24,000 nt of DNA from Rickettsiales bacterium (GTDB lineage: Bacteria > Pseudomonadota > Alphaproteobacteria > Rickettsiales > UBA1997), in contig JAYQKE010000003.1 of the NCBI GenBank assembly GCA_038142525.1, forward strand, positions 3,500 to 27,499, written 5' to 3'. The position numbers were made by a program, and so were the translations under genes. Positions within the stretch are counted from its first letter, which is position 1. Each line of letters begins with the position of its first letter. The notes beneath the pieces are model-generated. The model did not search any database and had not been told where the DNA came from. It was given only the letters and a program-made list of their open reading frames with translations. Below are positions 9,910 to 17,371 of this stretch, one piece after another.

Positions 9910-10238
9910 TATTGGTCAAATTCGGATTCATTTGGATCTTTGAGATATTCAAGATAATTGCCAAAAGGATCTTGAAGATAAATTGAAGAAGTGCCATCGC
10001 GATGTAATTTTAATTCTCCATATTTTTCTGCATCATCTTTTAAAAAGGCCAGATGTGGCGGGTGTTTTCCTGGTAGAACCAGAGCTAATTTAATATTACC
10101 AAATTGTAAAAATCCCCATGTTTCATCCTGATAAAGAATCTCTATCTGAAAATTTTCTGTGTAATATTTAATAGCATCAGCAATATTATCAACTTTTATT
10201 GCCATATGATGAATTTTATCTAATTTTTTATCAGTCAT
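9909..10238 (-). CDS. Glyoxalase / bleomycin-resistance / dioxygenase (VOC) superfamily protein
   Basis: The 109-aa ORF has the pattern of a single VOC module (IHHMAIKVDNIADAIKYYTENF ... LQDPFGNYLEY). Its stop overlaps the sbmA start codon by 1 nt (TAATG at 9909). Confidence 0.65.
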   Translation of the reverse strand: MTDKKLDKIHHMAIKVDNIADAIKYYTENFQIEILYQDETWGFLQFGNIKLALVLPGKHPPHLAFLKDDAEKYGELKLHRDGTSSIYLQDPFGNYLEYLKDPNESEFDQ

Positions 10239-10316
10239 TTTAATATTTAAAAAAACTCCTCTTAGGAAGTAAAATTTTGGGTTAAAATTTCAAAGAAATT
10301 GTGGTGAAAATCAAAC

Positions 10317-10561
10317 TACTCCCGGCAGGATTCGAACCTGCGCACATGGATTAGGGACTGTCCAAAATCTATGTTGAAATACTTTTTTCATTGCTTTTCT
10401 GTTAATTTTTGCCTAAATTCAACGATTTTTTAGCCCAATATGGGTATATTGCACCAAAAAATCATCAAATTTTGTCTAAAAATTACCCAAAAAATCAAAG
10501 GAAAAATATTTCGGACAGTTCCTTTAGGAAACCAATGCTCTATCCCCTGAGCTATGGGAGT
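10317..10561 (-). tRNA. tRNA-Arg(CCU) gene interrupted in the anticodon arm by a 169-nt element (pseudogene or intron-containing gene)
   Basis: The minus strand from 10561 to 10523 reads ACTCCCA TA GCTC AGGGGATA GAGC A TTGGT TTCCTAA A. This gives the acceptor 5' strand, the D-arm, the anticodon stem and the anticodon loop, with anticodon CCT at 10528-10526. The minus strand from 10350 to 10317 reads TCCAT GTGC GCAGG TTCGAAT CCTGC CGGGAGT A. This gives the T-arm with the canonical TTCGAAT loop, an acceptor 3' strand pairing with ACTCCC, and discriminator A. No CCA is encoded. The two halves are separated by 10354-10522. Confidence 0.75.
10354..10522 (-). mobile_element. Diverged copy (169 bp) of the GGAAC palindromic element, inserted in tRNA-Arg(CCU)
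   Basis: Read on the minus strand it starts GGAAC and ends GTCCC. Its 15-nt inverted termini are GGAACTGTCCGAAAT/ATTTTGGACAGTCCC. It shares the block TTTTTGGTGCAATAT...CATATTG.GC with the canonical copies, at the same offset (nt 63) from the GGAAC end. It also shares AATTTTTAGA and is nearly the same total length. The flanks are TAAA (10526-10523) and TAAT (10353-10350), a 3/4-matching A/T-only duplication. Confidence 0.6.
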
Positions 10562-10723
10562 AAAAGACAGCTCCATTACGCTATTACTTTAAGGATATAT
10601 TTCAATAATTCAACTTCAGAAAAACAAATTGTAGCAATTATTATTTTTAAATATGAAATTAAGATATACTATTTTGCAGGAGAAGCTGGTTCTCCATCAA
10701 TCGCAGACGACGGATTACTAACA

Positions 10724-11077
10724 TTAGGTGATGGGAGGTCCCGAAGAATCAGATGGAGGTGGTTCTATGGCTGGAATCTTCTTGCTAGGAGTAATCTCAC
10801 ATTTCAAACCTGATCCTCCCGCTTCAGCATCAAATTTTTCTTGACTTACTATTTGACCAATAGAAAAACTAGCATCTGACAACATCCCACCTATCCATTC
10901 CCCTTCATATTTCTGCTTATCTTCTGAAATATAAGTACCTTGTCCATTTGGCTCTCCATCTTTAAATTGACCTTGATATTGCCTATATCCAAAACCATTA
11001 TTACTATCCCAAGTCATAACACCTTGACCATTTAGCTTTCCATCTTTAAATTGACCTTGATATCTAGTACCATCCAT
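10724..11077 (-). CDS. MORN-repeat protein with a Pro/Ser-rich C-terminal tail
   Basis: The 117-aa ORF has consecutive MORN-like units (YQGQFKDGKLNGQGVMTW, YQGQFKDGEPNGQGTYI, YEGEWIGG). Its tail is IPAIEPPPSDSSGPPIT. There is no signal peptide. An AAGG lies 7 nt upstream of the ATG. Confidence 0.7.
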   Translation of the reverse strand: MDGTRYQGQFKDGKLNGQGVMTWDSNNGFGYRQYQGQFKDGEPNGQGTYISEDKQKYEGEWIGGMLSDASFSIGQIVSQEKFDAEAGGSGLKCEITPSKKIPAIEPPPSDSSGPPIT

Positions 11078-11156
11078 CTTTAAACCTTGTTAACATATTA
11101 ATATGTAAATTTATAAAAAATTACTCCTATTTTAAACCAAAATAGCTACTTAAAAA

Positions 11157-11608
11157 TTAAAGATCTTGTTTTTTCCAACCCTCTTTCTCCCTTTTGTAAA
11201 AATTCAGATCATGGGATTTTTCCTTAGATGATTTCCAAAAAACCCTAGCATCAGATAAATCATTTGGACCAAAAAAATAAAATATCCTATCAAAATTTTT
11301 CATAAATTCTTCTGATTTTTCAGCAAACATAATTAAAAAATCAGCCTCATTAAGATTATCCTCTTGCTTAGTAAGTAAAATTGGTGCGTTTTAAGATCAA
11401 AATTATCTTGATCAGTAATATGTGGTAAAAATTTTGTTTTAGAAAAATTCCACAAACCCAAATCTAGCTTTTGCGTCATTTCATCATCTTCAGATAAAAT
11501 TAAAGCTTTTTTTTGCTGCTCATAAATTTTCAACAATAAGGGTGCCAGCATTTTATGCAAAAGATCGTCAATCTGATAAAAATTAATTTCCATTTGGTTT
11601 TTATACAA
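11157..11608 (-). pseudogene. holC: DNA polymerase III chi subunit HolC, frameshifted in a short A-run
   Basis: The N-terminal piece (11333-11608) reads ...INFYQIDD...KALILSEDDEMTQKLDLGLWNFSKTKFLPHITDQDNFDLK, which fits the chi pattern LDxxLW...F(L/V)PH. The -1 frame continues as NAPILLTKQEDNLNEADFLIMFAEKSEEFMKNFDRIFYFFGPNDLSDARVFWKSSKEKSHDLNFYKREKEGWKKQDL and stops at 11157-11159. The frames join at the coding-strand AAAA run (plus-strand T4 at 11389-11392), which is one base short. Confidence 0.75.
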
Positions 11609-11666
11609 CTTCTACAAGAAAAATTTAAAACCCAAACTTACAATAACTTAGCTTAGAAAACAATAT

Positions 11667-13532
11667 TTAATTAGCAGATCCCTGCTTTCTAAGATATATT
11701 ATTATTGCCATAATAGCAGCAGGTGTAATCCCAGGAATACGGCTCGCAAGTGAAATATTGTTGGGTCTAGCAAAATTTAATTTTTCTACCACCTCATTAG
11801 AAAGACTTTGGATATCTTTATAATTCAAATCTTCTGGAATTTTTAGAAATTCATCCTTTTTAAAAATCTCAATATCCCTCTTCTGCCTTTCAATATAGGA
11901 ATGATAAAGTGCTTGAATTGTAATTTGTTCCTGATTTTCCTGAGAAATTTCTACAAATTCTGGCCAAATCCCTATTATTTTATCAAAATCAATATTACCA
12001 ATTGTCAGCAACTCAAAAGCATTTCTCTTGACTCCATCTTGTTTAATTTCTATGCCAAAATCTTTTAATTTTGCTGGCGTGATAGTTACTTTTTTTAAAC
12101 TCTCTAAATCTTCTATTAAAGATTTTTCTTTTTCTAAAAAAATTCTTTTTCTCTCATCAGAAACCAAACCAATATCAATAGCAATCTTTGTTAATCTTAA
12201 ATCAGCATTATCAGAACGCAGTAAAAGACGATATTCCGCCCTAGAAGTAAGCATTCTATAAGGCTCACTAGTACCAAGACGAATCAAATCATCAATCATC
12301 ACCCCAATATAGCTGTTGGTCCTACTTAAGGTAAATTCCTCATCAGAACCTTTGGCCCTAAAAACAGCATTAACACCAGCCACCAGACCCTGCCCTGCTG
12401 CTTCTTCATAGCCAGTTGTACCATTAATTTGCCCAGCAAAAAAGAGATTTTTAATTTTTTTAGTCTCCAATGTTGGCTTTAACTCTCTTGGATCAATAAA
12501 ATCATATTCAATAGCATAGCCATATTGCGCCACTTTTACATTTTCTAAACCCTTAATGCTTTTTAAAAATCGCAATTGAATTTCCTCAGGAAGTGAATTT
12601 GAAATACCATTTGGATAAATTAAATCAGAATCCAAACCTTCTGGTTCAAGAAAAATCTGATGCCTTTCCTTATCATAAAAACGCTTAATCTTATCCTCAA
12701 TTGAAGGACAATAACGCGGAGCAGAACCGGTAATATTACCATAAGAAATTGAACTCAAATGTAAATTATCATTAATGATTTTATGAGTTTTTTTATTGCT
12801 ATAAGTAATGAAACAATCAATTTGCGGTATAGAAATTTCTTTATTTAAAAATGAAAATGGTTTGGGAATCTCATCACCTTTTTGAATTTCTAGCTCTGAA
12901 TAATCAATTGAATCCTTATAAATTCTTGGCGGTGTGCCAGTTTTTAAACGACCTAAAGCAAAATTATATTTTTTTAACCTTTCCGAAATACCATTTGACG
13001 GCTCCTCGCCAATTCTGCCAGCAGGAATTTCCTTTTGCCCAATATGAATTTTTCCAGCAAGAAAAGTTCCAGCAGTTAAAATAACTGATTGAGCTAAAAA
13101 TTCCCCGCCATTTTCAGTAATTACCCCTTCAATTCTATCATTTTTAATAATCAGATCGGAAATTTTATCAAAATGCAGATCAAGATTCTGGTAATTTTTT
13201 AAAATCTTATTAATGGCTTTTTGATATAATTTCCTATCAGCCTGCGCTCTCGGCGAATGAACCGCAGCACCCTTACTAGCATTTAAAATCTTTACATGAA
13301 TAGCAGACATATCAATGGCTTGCCCCATTATGCCATCCAGCGCATCAATTTCACGCACAATTGTGCCCTTAGCCACCCCACCAATCGCAGGATTGCAAGA
13401 CATTTGCCCAAGATTATCTTCCTTAATCGTAATTAATAGAGTTTTGGCTCCCATCCTGGCTGAGGCCGCCGCAGCTTCCGAACCGCTATGACCACCACCA
13501 ATTATAATTACATCATAAATTTTACTACTCAC
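11667..13532 (-). CDS. mnmG: tRNA uridine 5-carboxymethylaminomethyl modification enzyme MnmG (GidA)
   Basis: The 621-aa ORF has the N-terminal FAD motif [23 protein letters not shown]. It also has [15 protein letters not shown], and is GidA-like over its full length, including [23 protein letters not shown]. Confidence 0.97.
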   Translation of the reverse strand: MSSKIYDVIIIGGGHSGSEAAAASARMGAKTLLITIKEDNLGQMSCNPAIGGVAKGTIVREIDALDGIMGQAIDMSAIHVKILNASKGAAVHSPRAQADRKLYQKAINKILKNYQNLDLHFDKISDLIIKNDRIEGVITENGGEFLAQSVILTAGTFLAGKIHIGQKEIPAGRIGEEPSNGISERLKKYNFALGRLKTGTPPRIYKDSIDYSELEIQKGDEIPKPFSFLNKEISIPQIDCFITYSNKKTHKIINDNLHLSSISYGNITGSAPRYCPSIEDKIKRFYDKERHQIFLEPEGLDSDLIYPNGISNSLPEEIQLRFLKSIKGLENVKVAQYGYAIEYDFIDPRELKPTLETKKIKNLFFAGQINGTTGYEEAAGQGLVAGVNAVFRAKGSDEEFTLSRTNSYIGVMIDDLIRLGTSEPYRMLTSRAEYRLLLRSDNADLRLTKIAIDIGLVSDERKRIFLEKEKSLIEDLESLKKVTITPAKLKDFGIEIKQDGVKRNAFELLTIGNIDFDKIIGIWPEFVEISQENQEQITIQALYHSYIERQKRDIEIFKKDEFLKIPEDLNYKDIQSLSNEVVEKLNFARPNNISLASRIPGITPAAIMAIIIYLRKQGSAN

Positions 13533-13539
13533 TCAATAT

Positions 13540-14235
13540 TTACTTTAAAATAGTTATTATCACATTTTTATTAACATATTTTGCCAATAACTCTCCAATA
13601 TTAATATCATATTTATTATAAATTTCAAATAAGCTCAAGCCATTTTTTATCTCTTCTAGGAAAATATATTCTGATTTGGATATTTTTTCTGTTTTGACCT
13701 TATTATCCTGACGATAAATTAAATAATTTATAATTCTTTTTCTCTTTTGATCAGATTTTTTAAGAAAAAAATTATAATAAGATTGCCCTAAAAAACATGA
13801 TGGATGCAACTGAAATTTTAAATCAAATAATTCTTCAGTAGGAATTTTCTGCAAATCTTCCTGATTTACAGCTTCGGCATCTGCTGCCAAATATGATAAA
13901 TGACAAGAATATTCAAAATGAGATAAATCCTGAAGAAATTCATTTTGATTCTGAGCAAAATTCTGCCCATAATTATCTAAATTATTACTTTTTGAAGGGT
14001 TTTGAACAATATATTTTTCAGCTAATTTACTAAATTGCTCCTGACCTAAATATTGATAAATTAGTGGGAAAGTTATTTTAAGAGAATTTTCTAAATTTCT
14101 AAAAAGATTATTACGATAAATTTGAAATAATTCCTCTTTTCTGATTTTACCTTTTTTTACAAATTTTAGAATATCAGCTTTTTTTTCATCATATAGAAAA
14201 TTTATAAAATTATTTTGTAAATCTTTTAATGCCAT
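13540..14235 (-). CDS. Hypothetical protein, DUF2063-like (HvfC/BufC-type putative DNA-binding or chaperone domain)
   Basis: In this 231-aa ORF the N-terminal pattern LQNNFINFL...EELFQIYRNNLFRNLENSLKITFPLIYQYLGQEQFSKLAEKYIVQNPSKSNNLDNYGQNF resembles the DUF2063 signature as I recall it (vYrnn...L...yP....lG.e.F..la..y....Ps.s.dl..yG). No DUF692 partner gene is adjacent. Confidence 0.45.
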   Translation of the reverse strand: MALKDLQNNFINFLYDEKKADILKFVKKGKIRKEELFQIYRNNLFRNLENSLKITFPLIYQYLGQEQFSKLAEKYIVQNPSKSNNLDNYGQNFAQNQNEFLQDLSHFEYSCHLSYLAADAEAVNQEDLQKIPTEELFDLKFQLHPSCFLGQSYYNFFLKKSDQKRKRIINYLIYRQDNKVKTEKISKSEYIFLEEIKNGLSLFEIYNKYDINIGELLAKYVNKNVIITILK

Positions 14236-14245
14236 TTATCATTAA

Positions 14246-14920
14246 CTATCTTTTTGCGATAAAATAATCATTAATTTTTTCAACTCTACCCCCCGATTCT
14301 AAAATATATAATTTTAAAGCATTCTTTAGATTTTTATCAGAAAATATTACTTGATCAATTTTGCCCAAAGCAAATTTTGCAATATCATTACTAACCGAAC
14401 CGCTAATTCTTATTTCTTGATCTTGGCATAAATTGCTAAATTTAATATTTTCAATAGCAGTTATTAAATTATTATTATTGGTAATTTTCACTCTGCGATT
14501 ATTATAAAAAAGCCCAGAATTTTTAGCAGAAGTAAATATTTGATTTTCAATTGGCAAAATCATAGCAGATTCTAAAATTTGTTTCCTACCATCATCATTG
14601 ATCTGTCCATAAGAAATAAAAGAAGAAAAATTAGGAAGAGCACGAGAAAAATTAACCATCCCTTCAATTGGCGAAATAATATAAAATTCTTTACAATTTT
14701 TATGATCATTAAGATTTTTACCAGACAATAATTCTATATCAGAATTTTCACCAAATTCCTGAAGAAATTTATCGACAATTTTCTGATAAGATGAATTAGC
14801 AAATTTTGCCGCCGCATTGTAATTATTTTGTAGATTTTCAATCTCAACAAAATCTCTTAATAAAATATTAGAAATATTCTCTAGGATCTTAATCATCCTA
14901 TTTAAATTTGCTGTCTTCAT
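14246..14920 (-). CDS. Inositol monophosphatase family (SuhB-like) protein with a degenerate catalytic motif
   Basis: In this 224-aa ORF, FYIISPIEGMVNF aligns with the IMPase motif W.IDP(I/L)DGT.NF. RISGSVSNDIAKFALGKID aligns with SuhB RRTGSAALDLAYVAAGRVD. The metal-ligand motif DPIDGT is replaced by SPIEGM (14657-14674). The start overlaps the upstream oxidoreductase stop by 4 nt. Confidence 0.6.
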   Translation of the reverse strand: MKTANLNRMIKILENISNILLRDFVEIENLQNNYNAAAKFANSSYQKIVDKFLQEFGENSDIELLSGKNLNDHKNCKEFYIISPIEGMVNFSRALPNFSSFISYGQINDDGRKQILESAMILPIENQIFTSAKNSGLFYNNRRVKITNNNNLITAIENIKFSNLCQDQEIRISGSVSNDIAKFALGKIDQVIFSDKNLKNALKLYILESGGRVEKINDYFIAKR

Positions 14921-15903
14921 TTTAAAATTTTTTTATGTAAATCCAAAGCACTGAGAAAGGCATTTTCTACCCTACCAGAAATAAAATAATCGCCACAAAG
15001 AGCAAGATTTAAATTCTGATCAAATAAAGATTTTTCTGCCTCACGCAATTTTGCATTAGCATAACGCCAACGATGAATATTGACATAATCAATCTTATTT
15101 TGATCAAAATCAATGATTTTTTGTAATTGCTTCAATAATTTTTGCTGTATTAATTCTAGATCATCTTCCAAATTTTCCTTAGCCCAATCATTACTAGAAT
15201 TAATAAGCATTGAAAAATTTTCTGGTCGGCTTTTTTTTGAACTATTAACCGAAATCCAGCTAATTACTGATTCCTTAACCAAGGCAGCATCAAAATCCAA
15301 ATCCAAATCTTCTTTAAAACCAAGCATTAAAGAAAAACATGGCAACATCTGAACATCTTTAATAATCTGCAAATATTTAAAATTTTCTGGCAATAAATTA
15401 AGCGCCTGATGTGATGGAATTGCTAAAATTACATAATCAAAATCAGAAAAAACCTTATCTTCAATAGTTTTTAGAGCCCATTTTTGATTTCTAAAATCAA
15501 TCTTACTTATTTGCTCTTTCAATCTAAGATCTAAATTCTTTGCCATAAATTTACAAAGATTATTCATTTGTGGCAAAGCAACATAATGCGGATTTTCTTC
15601 ATTATTAAATTGCCATTTTCTAGTGATTTTATTATCAACTATTTCACAAAATCTAGCATCCCAAATATCAATAATTCCTTGCTGATAGGCTGTCTGACAA
15701 AATTCCTTAAATTCATCACTTTTAGCAGTAAAAAATTGGGCTCCATGATCAAAATGATAATTTTCTACCCTTCTTGTCGCCATTCTACCCCCAATTCCTC
15801 GTGATTTATCAAAAATTATCACTTCATTTTTTGTCGCCAATTTATTAGCAATGGTCAATCCGGCAATTCCTGCACCAATTATGGCAATTTTCTGATTTCT
15901 CAT
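14917..15903 (-). CDS. NAD(P)/FAD-dependent oxidoreductase, renalase-like (COG3380-type)
   Basis: The 328-aa ORF has the N-terminal dinucleotide-binding motif KIAIIGAGIAGLTIANKL...IIFDKSRGIGGRMATRR followed by FDHGAQFFTA. This is typical of the renalase-like amine-oxidase family, which is often found next to photolyase genes. Confidence 0.7.
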   Translation of the reverse strand: MRNQKIAIIGAGIAGLTIANKLATKNEVIIFDKSRGIGGRMATRRVENYHFDHGAQFFTAKSDEFKEFCQTAYQQGIIDIWDARFCEIVDNKITRKWQFNNEENPHYVALPQMNNLCKFMAKNLDLRLKEQISKIDFRNQKWALKTIEDKVFSDFDYVILAIPSHQALNLLPENFKYLQIIKDVQMLPCFSLMLGFKEDLDLDFDAALVKESVISWISVNSSKKSRPENFSMLINSSNDWAKENLEDDLELIQQKLLKQLQKIIDFDQNKIDYVNIHRWRYANAKLREAEKSLFDQNLNLALCGDYFISGRVENAFLSALDLHKKILK

Positions 15904-15986
15904 TTTATAATTTGAATTATTTTTAATATATCTTAGGATTTATTTGTAAATTAACAACCCCAACCTATTGGCGCTAAAAAAAACCT

Positions 15987-17354
15987 ATGAATAAATCAAT
16001 CATCTGGCTTAGAAATGATCTCAGATTATCCGATAATTTAGCAATAGATCATGTTGCCAAAAATAATCATCAAATCCTCTTTCTCTATATTCAGGATAAA
16101 TCTCTTGGTTCAGCCTCCAAATGGTTTTTACATCAGTCATTAGATGCTTTTAAAAAAGATATTTATCAAAAATATCAAGCAAAATTAATAATCAAATCTG
16201 GTAATGAACAAGATATTTTAGAAAATTTAGTTAAAAAATATCAAATCAATTCTATCTTTTGGAATAGAATTTATGAACCAAAAAAAATCCAAAGAGATAT
16301 TAAAATTAAAAAATATTTCAAAAATTCTGGATTGGAAATTGAAAGCTTTAATAGTTCATTGCTTTTTGAACCATTTGAAATCAAAAATCTTGCTGGGGAA
16401 TTTTTTAAAGTCTTCACACCTTTCTGGAAAAAATGTCTTACTAAAATTGGTGATTTATCATTTCCAACCACAATTCCTAAGGCGCTAAATTTAATAAAAT
16501 TAGAGGGGGAAGAAGATTTATCTTTAGAAAAGTTAGATCTATTAACAACAAACCCAAATTGGGCCCAAGATTGGCACAAAATCTACAAAATCAGTGAAGA
16601 ATCAGCCCATGATATAGCTGATAATTTTGTTAAAAACCGAGTAGAAATTTATAAAAAATCTCGTGATTTTCCAGCCCAAAATAATACTAGCTTTCTTTCA
16701 CCTTTTTTACATTTTGGTCTAATTTCACCTAAACATCTTTATTATAAAATTATACCTTATCTAGTATCAGATGATGCCAGATGCTTTTTAAGTGAAATTG
16801 GTTGGCGTGAATTTTCTTACCATCTTTTATATCATTTTCCAGAACTTCCTGAAAAAAATTTTAAAGCAAAATTTAATAATTTTCCTTGGAAAAATAACCA
16901 AGAAGATCTCAAAAAATGGCAAAAAGGAGAGACGGGATTTCCATTAATTGATGCTGGAATGAGAGAATTATATCAAACTGGCAGAATGCATAATCGCGTT
17001 AGAATGATTGTCGCTTCATTTTTAACTAAAAATCTTTTGATTGATTGGCGTCTTGGTCAAGAATGGTTTTGGGATTGTTTAACTGATGCCGATCTTGCTT
17101 CAAACTCAGCCTCTTGGCAATGGGTTGCTGGTTCTGGTGCTGACGCCGCCCCTTATTTTAGAATTTTTAATCCAATTACTCAAAGTAAAAAATTTGACCC
17201 AGAAGGAGAATATATTAAAAAATGGCTGCCAGAATTAAAGAATCTATCCAATAAAGAAATTCATCAACCACAAGATAGATCAAATTATTATCCAGAAATG
17301 ATCGATCTCAAATCATCTAGAAATATGGCCTTAGCAACCTTTAAAAAAATATAA
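15987..17354 (+). CDS. phrB: Deoxyribodipyrimidine photolyase (class I CPD photolyase / cryptochrome-photolyase family)
   Basis: The 455-aa ORF has an N-terminal IIWLRNDLRLSDNLAI. Its C-terminal FAD-binding block reads TGFPLIDAGMRELYQTGRMHNRVRMIVASFLTKNLLIDWRLGQEWF...DADLASNSASWQWVAGSGADAAPYFRIFNPITQSKKFDPEGEYIKKWLPEL. This is closely collinear with E. coli PhrB as I recall it. Confidence 0.93.
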   Translation: MNKSIIWLRNDLRLSDNLAIDHVAKNNHQILFLYIQDKSLGSASKWFLHQSLDAFKKDIYQKYQAKLIIKSGNEQDILENLVKKYQINSIFWNRIYEPKKIQRDIKIKKYFKNSGLEIESFNSSLLFEPFEIKNLAGEFFKVFTPFWKKCLTKIGDLSFPTTIPKALNLIKLEGEEDLSLEKLDLLTTNPNWAQDWHKIYKISEESAHDIADNFVKNRVEIYKKSRDFPAQNNTSFLSPFLHFGLISPKHLYYKIIPYLVSDDARCFLSEIGWREFSYHLLYHFPELPEKNFKAKFNNFPWKNNQEDLKKWQKGETGFPLIDAGMRELYQTGRMHNRVRMIVASFLTKNLLIDWRLGQEWFWDCLTDADLASNSASWQWVAGSGADAAPYFRIFNPITQSKKFDPEGEYIKKWLPELKNLSNKEIHQPQDRSNYYPEMIDLKSSRNMALATFKKI

Positions 17355-17371
17355 TAAATTCTGAACTTTAA

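Noticed and set aside
10354-10522. A group I self-splicing intron in the tRNA-Arg(CCU) anticodon loop, by analogy with Agrobacterium tRNA-Arg and Azoarcus tRNA-Ile introns
   Set aside because: At 169 nt the insert is shorter than the smallest known tRNA group I introns (about 200 nt). I could find no P7/R-type core such as GTAGAGACTA or CAGAGACT, and no plausible G-binding helix. The insert has terminal inverted repeats, a flanking duplication, and clear homology to intergenic repeat copies, all of which point to a MITE. I have kept only the positional coincidence as context.
10678-10694. The hairpin GGAGAA-GCTGG-TTCTCC 30 nt downstream of the MORN stop, as an intrinsic terminator
   Set aside because: The 6-bp stem has no following U-tract on the minus-strand transcript, so it is insufficient for a terminator call.
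10409-10813. A 134-aa + strand ORF in the supplied track
   Set aside because: It runs antisense through the tRNA halves, the inserted element and the 3' end of the MORN gene. It has low-complexity content and no recognisable motifs, so it is an artefact of the open AT-rich frame.
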